A stretch of DNA of 8,062 bases from Oopsacas minuta (lineage: Eukaryota > Animalia > Porifera): NCBI GenBank assembly GCA_024704765.1, contig JAKMXF010000179.1, positions 1 to 8,062 of the forward strand, given 5' to 3'. The notes beneath the pieces are model-generated. The model did no database searches. It was given only the letters and a program-made list of their open reading frames with translations, and was not told the origin of the DNA. A program made the translations under genes and the position numbers. Shown here in pieces: positions 1 to 7,582 of the stretch; positions within the stretch are counted from its first letter, which is position 1; each line of letters begins with the position of its first letter.

Positions 1-1206
1 TTACCACAACCTGGAGAAGATAACTACCAGTATTACTTAATTCGAGTGAGAGAGAAGATTAAAAGTACATTCTTAGAGTTAATCGACTGTCTAAAGGAAG
101 TGAGAGTAAATTGTTGAGAGAGTTAGATACAATTCTGAATTGTTATCGCTCTTATAAAAGTGAATTGACAAAGCTGAATGAAAAGAAGATTGCTCTAGAA
201 AATCCGAAAGTTTCTTACAACATGAGATTCTAACTTCTCCTATAAAATGTATTCATGAAGATTTGATTACTCGATTAAACTCAGAACTTGAATCAATTGA
301 TTTTCCGAAACAACCTAGAATGGTTAGTTTCACTTGTGAAAACAACAAATTGTTAAATGAAGTAAATAAGTTGGGGAAGTTAGTGGGAAGTGGAATTGAT
401 TATACAAACAAGAAACAACCTCTGGTAAGTGTTTGTGACAGAGGAACTGGAAATGAACAACTTAACGATCCATTGGATGTTACTGTAGATAACAAAACAG
501 CAAATATTTATATAGCAGATCATGGTAATAACTGTATTAAGGAATTCGACTGTACTGCTAAGTATTTATTCTAATTCGGAGATAGTAAAGATGAAGGAGC
601 CTTGGAACCAGAAAGATATTTCTCCATTAATAGAATTACTGTTCTTATTTATCAAGATCACTGTATCCAAAACTATACCCTGGATGGAAAGTTCACTTCA
701 CAATTGGAAAATAAGGAAATGCCGAACATGAATTTTCCTATCCTCGGGGTCTAACAATTGATGATTCAAATGAAGATTTATATCTGTGACGTTTCTAACA
801 ATCGTGTACAAATACTTACCAAAGACTTGTGTTACAGAACTAATTTGGTACAAATACACTCAAATTGCCTCTAGATGTGAAACTCTCTAAAGAATACATT
901 TATGTGTTAGATACATCAAATCCTTGTATCCATCTCTCCAATCGTAACCTCATACTCCAGAGGACTATGATTTCTCGAGGGACAGGAAATCAAGTCATTG
1001 ATCCATACTCTTTCTTTATTGACAACTCTGACTTCATTCTGATTGCAGATTGTTATTCTTCTAACGCTATTTCTATATTCAACCCTGAATTCAAGTTAGT
1101 TCCCAAGATTCCTGTGTCTAGCAAGCCTGTAGCAGTTACTATAGACAATCAGAATAGAGTTATAGTAGTGTGTTGTAATGTTAAGAACTGTCTACAGATA
1201 TTTTGA
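1..1206 (+). pseudogene. Intronless coiled-coil + NHL-repeat (six-bladed beta-propeller; TRIM71/brat-like NHL domain, no RING/B-box seen) pseudogene, 5' end just outside the window
   Basis: Stitching frames by hand gives a helical N-terminus (YYLIRVREKIKSTFLELIDCLKE / ESKLLRELDTILNCYRSYKSELTKLNEKKIALE). About six NHL-like blades follow, e.g. GTGNEQLNDPLDVTVDNKTANIYIADHGNNCIKEFD, EFSYPRGLTIDDSNEDL/YICDVSNNRVQIL, LKLPLDVKLSKEYIYVLD, QVIDPYSFFIDNSDFILIAD, KPVAVTIDNQNRVIVV, ending CLQIF-TGA at 1204-1206. Disablements: frameshifts near 100, 205, 700, 780 and 843, and in-frame TAA at 572-574 and 712-714. No intron is needed. Confidence 0.85.
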
Positions 1207-1963
1207 TATCTAATCTCTATCAATACAGATGATAGTATCTTTGTGTGAATTTGTGTGTTTACTTTTACTTTTATTGATTTTCCCATTTATTTATTCTTGA
1301 TTTGTTATTCATGTATTTTGTGATAATATTTCCATTATTAATTTGGTAATATTATTCTTAATTTACATATGTCAGGGTTTACTACTTTCTAGGAATGAAT
1401 TCATTGTTCTATTTATGGTTATTCTTAGTTCCACCTGTATCCATATATTGGCCACTTTTGGCCAGTCCCTTCGGTGGCTGTTATAGACAAGCTTTTACTC
1501 TATTTGGAATTTTCTTGTCAATTTCGTAGAGTCAATTCCCGTTATATCGACATTTGATTTGGTTAAATTTCCTTAACAAATAGAAGACTTGAGGACGTTT
1601 ATGAATATCTCAAAATGTTTTCCTTTTTTGAGCATCACAAATACGAATTTTACAGTGTTTTTTTTCGAAATTGAATTTCAATTACTTAGACACTTAAGGA
1701 GCATGCTTGTTAGGGACGCTACAACGAGAACTCGTTGTGGGCGGCTAGCATCATGTGCCCCAATTTCTCCATCAGGGTCTGCAAGTATGTATATTTTAAA
1801 TTTTAATCAACTGGAATTTACATAGAATTCCTTAATCTATTGTTTACTATTTCACTTTGATTCTGTGAAAAGTTTTTCATTCATTATACTTGTAAATCCT
1901 TAATCATACTTGCTATTTAAAATGGGATTCACCCTCATTTCGTAATTATATTTTACGTAGAGA

Positions 1964-1986
1964 CATAGACTAGTCACTAGTCTATG
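1964..1986. mobile_element. Putative minimal DNA-transposon remnant: 11-bp perfect inverted repeats, 1-nt spacer, 7-bp flanking direct repeat (P-superfamily-like ends)
   Basis: gtagaga(1957-1963)|catagactagt-c-actagtctatg|gtagaga(1987-1993). The CATAG ends fit the P-superfamily CANRG terminal consensus, and a 7-bp TSD is within the P range (7-8 bp). Confidence 0.55.
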
Positions 1987-2130
1987 GTAGAGAATACATG
2001 CAACTTAAAGTTTGTAACCTTTGACTAAAGTTAGAAAGGTGTAATTTACGATTTTTCATTTGTTGAATTCTCACACAATTAGACTTGTACTTATCTGAGA
2101 ACAAGTTAACCCGTTAATGCAATCGGCCTT

Positions 2131-2446
2131 CAGAAAACATCACTCATCATCAGAAACATTACTCATCATCAGAAACATCACTCATCAGAAACATTACTCA
2201 TCATCAGAAACATCACTCATCAGAAACATCACTCATCATCAGAAACATCACTCATCATCAGAAACATCACTCATCATCAGAAACATCACTCATCATCAGA
2301 AAACATCACTCATCATCAGAAACATCACTCATCATCAGAAACATCACTCATCATCAGAAACATCACTCATCATCAGAAACATCACTCATCATCAGAAACA
2401 TCACTCATCATCAAAAACATCACTCATCATCAGAAACATTACTTAT
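2131..2446 (+). repeat. Minisatellite, 17 units, consensus cagaaacatcactcatcat (19 bp; 16- and 20-bp variants)
   Basis: Counted units start at 2131, 2151, 2170, 2186, 2205, 2221, 2240, 2259, 2278, 2297, 2317, 2336, 2355, 2374, 2393, 2412 and 2431. They are head-to-tail with no spacers. Confidence 0.97.
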
Positions 2447-2633
2447 CAAGCTGTTTAATAATATTGGTAGCACCCTTGATGCAGGACGAAATGCCCTATT
2501 AACTCTTCTTGATCTATCTAGTGCCATTAACACTTTGGATCACGAAATCCTCTTTGAGCGTCTACACTCGCGTTTGGCCTCATGGGCAAAGTTCTCTCCT
2601 GGATGAAGTCGTATTTGTCTCACGGAAGTGGGG

Positions 2634-2711
2634 CTGTTAGTATCAATTGTACACTCTCTAACCCACAGCCTGTTAGTATCAATGGTACACTCTCTAACCC
2701 ACAGGCTGTTA
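2634..2711 (+). repeat. 36-bp in-frame tandem duplication within the RT remnant
   Basis: ctgttagtatcaattgtacactctctaacccacagc (2634-2669) and ctgttagtatcaatggtacactctctaacccacagg (2670-2705) are 34/36 identical, followed by a partial ctgtta. They translate as VSINCTLSNPQP / VSINGTLSNPQA. Confidence 0.95.
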
Positions 2712-3212
2712 AGATTAGCATTCCGCAGGTTTCTATACTAGGCCCCATTCTCTTCAACTTATATATTTCCCCTATAGAAGACATAATGCATGCTCATGCT
2801 CTTTCTATCCTATTATATGCTGATGATGTCTAGTTATATCTTTCACTTTCGCCTTCTAACATTGATGAACCTATTCTGCAATTTGAATCGTGCCTGTCTG
2901 ATATTAATGTTTGGTTTAGTGAAAAGAAACTTGTTTGCAACACATTGAAGTCTAACGTCGTCTTTTCACATCTCGATCTCGCAATTTCCAGGATAATTTC
3001 TATCACATTTGGAATATCTGTCCTTCGTCCTATGGAGAATGTCTTGAACCTATGTGTCATCTGGGATACGCATATATCATTGAAATCGCATGTCAATAAT
3101 ATCTGCAAGGCTGCGTCACTATCTGTATATAGGATTGGTGCTCTTCAATTCTTACCTTGACAAGCTTACTTTAGAATGAGTATGAGTCAGTTATAATTAT
3201 CAGTGCTTTTGG

Positions 3213-3247
3213 GTCGCTACGCGACGGGATATCTCTGCACTACGTGC
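3213..3247. other. Twin GC-rich mini-hairpins with identical loop (TAC on +, GTA on -); possible terminus of a non-autonomous element
   Basis: gtcgc-tac-gcgac (3213-3225) and gcac-tac-gtgc (3237-3247) lie in a short GC-rich patch just after the RT remnant ends. Confidence 0.5.
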
Positions 3248-3362
3248 CTCGAAGTATTTAGCAGAAATTTTAATATTGTATTATCCATGGTCCATCCAAA
3301 TTCTATTTACTGGCCTTCTGTGGTATTGTTCTAGTAATTATGGTCTACCCTAGATATTTGGC

Positions 3363-3413
3363 GGGGGACCATATGTACTAAATCGTCATAGGCTTTTGTA
3401 TAAATGGTCCCCC
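3363..3413. repeat. Short imperfect inverted repeat (GGGGGACCAT...ATGGTCCCCC), possible MITE remnant
   Basis: gggggaccatatgtac (3363-3378) against the reverse complement of 3398-3413 (gggggaccatttatac) gives 14/16 identity, with the outer 10 bp perfect and a 19-nt spacer. Confidence 0.55.
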
Positions 3414-3644
3414 TTAATTACGAAACACTCCCCTATAATACGGAGCACTATTTATATAACAAAATAGATATGGTTTCTCATCTGGTGATCTTTACTATGT
3501 TTAGAAAATAATCAACATTAAAATAAGGTATTATTTAATGATTAATGGGAAATATATTGTGAAAGAAGAATCTAATTTTATTGACTAAAATCCAGAATCA
3601 TAGAGACCTAACACCTAGAGTCCTAAACAAAGATAAGATATATC

Positions 3645-4200
3645 TCAGGGGCTTATAATGCAGACGATAGAACTTATGATTTCATGGCTTCTCAGATGAG
3701 TGTTGTCAAATTTGGATACTTTCTGTCTTGTCATACCATCATAGTAGAACCATTCATCATTTAGAATATATTGGAGGGAAAAATGATCTGAATTATGAAT
3801 AGTATAGCTAAGTAAGTTAAATGTAATAGGTCTGTCTTTGTGGATAATTGTGAGGGTTATAAGTATCCCTTCAACTTTTTCAAGTGATAAGTGGCCCACC
3901 TCCATTATGAATAATAATGGGTAATCCATTAATTGATAAATTGTGTTTTCAAATATAGCTTCTGATCTCTACATTTTAAACATGTTGATCTTAGTTACGA
4001 TCTGAGAGTCTATAGAATTTTGACAACTTTCAACGAATTTCTACACAGATGACAGGTTGAGAGTTGTTTCAGTAAGTGTAAAGCAGTTCCAACATTGATA
4101 GGATGCTAGATATTTATCAGAACATGTAACCTGGTTAACAAACTGTATAAATGGGCCTCCAGATCCATAGAAGTAATATGTTTGATTACATCGAACTGTA
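3645..4200 (-). pseudogene. Decayed C-terminal part of a USP/peptidase C19-like (papain-fold) cysteine protease domain
   Basis: The ORF 3929-3645 contains YPLLFIMEV and FNLLSYTIHNSDHFSLQYILNDEWFYYDG. This resembles a USP His-box (His codon 3785-3783, Asp codon 3740-3738, W..YDG). Upstream CxxC pairs CWNC (4094-4083) and CLKC (3982-3971, shifted frame) resemble the USP finger Zn site. Stops and frameshifts separate the pieces, and no Cys-box was found. Confidence 0.45.
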
Positions 4201-4303
4201 AGTTTAATCTTCTCTGCTAACTAATGTTTGATGCATTGAAATATCCGAATTTGATCAATCAAAGTAATTCGTAAGCTTAATTTGTTAATTTTTTGCTTTG
4301 TTA

Positions 4304-4781
4304 AAAATTTGTTTTATTGAGGAGAATATTGATATCATGAGGGCAATCATACTTTTGATCCGCGATCCATATACTTTCTGGATCCAGAACAAATGAACCT
4401 CTACCACTTACATACAATCTAGAGTATGAGTTACTATATATGCAATCAATCCTTGCAAGGCGTACTCTAGGTGATTCAAATGTGAAAAATATTGATGATT
4501 TATACCTTAAACTTATACCATTAAGGATGAATTCCCAACATTATTAGATGTTATTTGAATTTGTCAATTACGATTTGAATCAGTACAGCACAATGTGAGA
4601 GGTCGTTTTCAGCCCTGAAAAGGATAAAAACATATTTGAGGTTCACAATGGGTCAACAGCGGTTAACTGATCTTGCAATTGTTTCGATTGAAAATGGGTT
4701 AACAAGCCCCAATTATCTTTAGATGATATTGTAACTGAATTTGCAAGAAAGCATAAAAATAGAAGAATAATGTTAGTATAA
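4304..4781 (+). mobile_element. C-terminal remnant of a hAT transposase (ZMYM1/PRKRIR-like type) including the hATC dimerisation domain
   Basis: Across frames: EENIDIMRAI/TFDPRSIYFLDPEQM/PLPLTYNLEYELLYMQSILARRTLGDSNVKNIDDLYLKLIPL/DEFPTLLDVI*..STAQCERSFSALKRIKTYLRFTMGQQRLTDLAIVSIEN/LDDIVTEFARKHKNRRIMLV-TAA (4779-4781). CERSFS (Glu codon 4597-4599) and LKRIKTYLRxTM are diagnostic. Several frameshifts and stops are present. Confidence 0.85.
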
Positions 4782-5125
4782 GTGGATATGTTAATTTGAT
4801 TAGAGGATTCTAGATATACTCTGTATTATACGTTTCCTATATACTTATATCCTTTCATATTTATTGACTAAAATNAAACTTCTAAAACATGATGGGTACT
4901 TAGATTGGAAGGAAATGAGCAATAAATTACAAGATAAATTGCTTTGTAACCGTGTAATAGTAACTAAAAAAGTGGCAAGTCATATCAAGGAAGTAGTAGA
5001 AATGTCATAGGTAGTTGTTCTGTCATACAACAGTACTAAGTACTTATAATATTTTTCTAAAAATACACATTATCACTTGTAGTATTGTGTAATCTTTCTT
5101 CCATTACAGATATGTAGAGCATCAT

Positions 5126-5182
5126 TAGGGATCGACCGGTCACCCGGCCCCGGTCCCGGCCTAAAGTCCCAAACCTTGCCGG
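5126..5182 (+). repeat. hAT terminal inverted repeat (3' end relative to the transposase) plus subterminal CCGG cluster
   Basis: TIR at 5126-5139. CCGG occurs at 5136, 5144, 5150, 5156 and 5179. Confidence 0.9.
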
Positions 5183-5265
5183 AGACTAGTTAGTTTTAAA
5201 AAGATATGATTCACCTTACTATACTATCAGTCTATCACTATCAACTACTTGTACTAACAAAGATT

Positions 5266-7307
5266 CTAATGTGTTTGTGAGCTTGCTTCGTCCCCACAAA
5301 TTTCTTCAATTTCTAAGTTGTGGTTCGAAAGAACAACTTGAGGATGTGGCTGCTGTAGCTTGAATGAAGCAAAACCAATCGTTCTGAGATTATACTTGAG
5401 AAACAAGAGCTTCTCTATGTTAGGAGGGAGCAAACGGATCCTATCTCCTTGAGAAATTTAACCCGACATTTTAAATTCTCGTTCACTTGGAACTGATCCG
5501 CAAGGTGGACTCAAATACTGAAAGGCAAGTATAGACAATATTGTATACAGATTCAAGTTCATACGCCAGTACCACAATGGATCTAGCTCTCGGTGAATTT
5601 TCTTGTCAGCGAAGTAGTGCAACATTTCATGTTTTACTTCGTTTCTGATCGTATCTTACTCATCACAAATAGTATTATTATTAACCGAATCGGATTGGCC
5701 ATCTGAATCACTTAAAATTGCATCCCAGCAACATTTTGCAGGGGAATCGGAGTTAATTTGAAACTGCCTTCTGCCAAAGACCATTCAAAGATGTTGGAAG
5801 CAACACTAGCTAATTTACTCTTTGCCTCTTCTGCTTTCGCCTTGTCCATAAAGCCACTCGTTTTATATCTAGGATCCAGAAGAGTGGCTAGTGCATGCAC
5901 TTCACTTGTTTCGACTTCAACGAAATGTACTCGGGATCAAGCCCCCTAAAGTAACGTTTCAGTTGTACGATCATTTCGTTTTTCATAGTATTGATTCCAA
6001 ATTCATCGATAGCATTCAATTCATAAAATATTTTCTTAATGAATGGAATGGCATGGGAAATGCAAACATATTCGTGTTCTGCATCCAATGTTGCATCGGC
6101 GAATGGTTTTAATAAACGAATTACTTTGGGAATAAGCATCTAGTCATTTGGAGTTAGCTGGTATTCTATATTAATATTGATATCATCTTCTGTGCAACGA
6201 ATAGCACGTTTCTGCTGAATTAACCGGACTAACATAGCATAGTAAGAACTCCAGCGTGTTTTCTCGCCTAAAATCAGAGTACATCCAGGAACACCATTGC
6301 AATATGCTTGATGACCTCTGAGAATTCCCATCGCCTTCGGAATCTTCCGAAAAAGGGAAATCAATTTCGTGGCACAGGTCATCATAGATTGGACACCACT
6401 TTGTTCAAAAATGGAATTCATGACCACTAGATGTATCATATGTAAAAAACAACCTGCATTATCCTGGTTGTTGATAACCATGGCATTCACCATATTGAGG
6501 GCACTATCTCGCAATATCAAGTGGAGCTTCCCTCTAATTTCTAATAAAAAATGATCATGCACAACGTCTTGGCAATTGAATCATCTGTATGTGATGCATC
6601 ATATGGAAAACAACGCAGCACAACTGCTTTTCGCTCTCCTTTCTTGCTGATGAAATGCAGCGTGAAGCTAATAAAAGCGTGTTGACTCTTTGATGTCCAA
6701 ATATCAATTGTTGCACTACAAAAGTCTCCGAGATTATTGTGCAACAGCTCCATGATATTGAATTGTACACGTCTGTATATATCTGGAATAATCCTGTGGC
6801 GGAGCACTTTCTCACTTGGAACATCGAATTTGTGATTCAAATGGCTAATAAAAACGTTGAATCTTTCGTTTTCAACTGTAATGTAAGGGAGAAGTGAATC
6901 ACATATCCATTCAGCTAAAAAACAATTCTCCCTGTTTTGATCAGGGTGATCAAGTAGCCATTTCTTTTCAATTCGAATGTTTCCTCAAGACTCTGTTGGG
7001 TTTGTGAACCTGGGGTAGCCAAAATGTAGATATATTGTTGCTTCAAATTCTCCTCATCTTTTTTGCATCTTTTTGCTTCATCAGCATTTATTATTATTAT
7101 TGCCTCCTTGTATTCGACAGGGTGATACGATTCCAAGTGACTCCAAAGCGATTTAGTTGAAAAATACTTTTTTGACCCTCCATGAGTACCCCTTCGTATC
7201 TTCCTCGTTTTTCCGTGACAAACAGAAATGTTGCAATTGCCAATTGATTCATCTGCACAATCGACATCATAAAATTTCCTGACCTCAGATGCGTACCTTT
7301 TGGCCAT
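5266..7307 (-). pseudogene. hAT transposase pseudogene (BED zinc finger, DDE catalytic core, hATC dimerisation domain), ~680 codons when reconstructed
   Basis: ATG at 7307. BED finger CNISVC...SLWSHLESYHP. Then LAEWICDSLLPYITVEN; SATIDIWTS (first Asp); ILRDSALNM (second Asp); CFLHMIHLVV (CxxH); TRWSSYYAML; LLKPF; ATLLDPRYK; DPLWYW..LAFQYLSPPCGSVPSEREF (Glu codon 5484-5482)..RIRLLPPNIEKLLFLKYN. The stop is TAG at 5268-5266. Lesions: frameshifts near 6965, 6560, 5930 and 5790, and in-frame stops at 6142-6140, 5658-5656 and 5460-5458. Confidence 0.95.
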
Positions 7308-7582
7308 TGATATGAATAGTAAAATACAACAATCAATTGTATGTATTATTTATATTATTCAATGATAATTACCTTTTGACACTATTTCAAATAACATATA
7401 CTATATTGATACTATGTATTGAGAACCCAGATATCTGATTACAATTACGACTCTATTCACGTTGCCTATATTTTCACGCTTTTGACTTTACAGGAGCTTT
7501 GCGCATAGGTTTATAAGGTGAATATTATTACTAATTAGCACAGAAACAACTGTAAACTTGCATTATTACTATCAATTCTAAC

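Larger units (their letters stand above)
2070..3160 (+). mobile_element. Degenerate non-LTR retrotransposon reverse transcriptase fragment (CR1/L2-group LINE)
   Basis: Across frames: LTQLDLYLSENKL..QSAFRKHHSSETLLIKLFNNIGSTLDAGRNALLTLLDLSSAINTLDHEILFERLHSR/..GKVLSWMKSYLS..VSINGTLS..IPQVSILGPILFNLYISP..LYADDV*LY..CLSDINVWFSEKKLVCN. This matches the LINE RT motifs QSAYR/HSTETAL, LDLSAAFDTVDH, GVPQGS.LGP.LF and YADD (2816-2827). Lesions: TAG at 2831-2833, a frameshift near 2575, and the repeat insertion. No endonuclease domain or 3' tail is visible. Confidence 0.9.

Noticed and set aside
1448-1662. Short palindromes such as tggcca-cttt-tggcca and aattgaa-t-ttcaatt
   Set aside because: They are 6-7-bp arms of the kind expected by chance in this base composition, with no flanking duplication or partner end.
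1747-1754. agcatcat, identical to the hAT left flank, as the displaced TSD partner
   Set aside because: It is not adjacent to any TIR, and a single 8-mer match is expected at appreciable frequency by chance.
2131-2446. CRISPR array interpretation of the 19-bp repeats
   Set aside because: The units are head-to-tail with no unique spacers, there are no cas genes, the context is eukaryotic, and the repeat derives from RT codons.
2117-2458. 113-aa His/Ser-rich repetitive ORF as a real protein
   Set aside because: It is a by-product of translating the minisatellite. Only its first residues (QSAFRKHHS) are genuine RT sequence.
522-3108. ORFs 522-731 (+), 1589-1825 (+) and 2830-3108 (-)
   Set aside because: The first is off-frame within the NHL pseudogene and the third is antisense to the RT. 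The second is short, begins at TTG and has no domain signal.
4300-4546. Stop-free minus-strand stretch containing YDCPHDINILL as the missing protease Cys-box
   Set aside because: The plus strand of the same bases clearly encodes the hAT C-terminus, so the minus-strand reading is an antisense shadow.
3577-4874. 15-bp direct repeat tttattgactaaaat at 3577-3591 and 4860-4874 as a TSD or LTR-like boundary
   Set aside because: It is a very AT-rich word, and one such match is plausible by chance in 8 kb. There is no element structure or terminal motif inside the pair.
1-7307. Frameshifts as pure sequencing error, i.e. the genes are actually intact
   Set aside because: Some indels lie in homopolymer runs and there is one N (4875). 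However, every remnant also has substitution-type premature stops, and the RT has degraded conserved residues, which favours genuine decay. Read mapping would settle individual sites.
5758-7336. Plus-strand ORFs 5758-5949, 5891-6112 and 6369-6554, and alternative-frame minus ORFs 6555-6824 and 7097-7336
   Set aside because: They are antisense or off-frame shadows of the hAT transposase, with no recognisable motifs.
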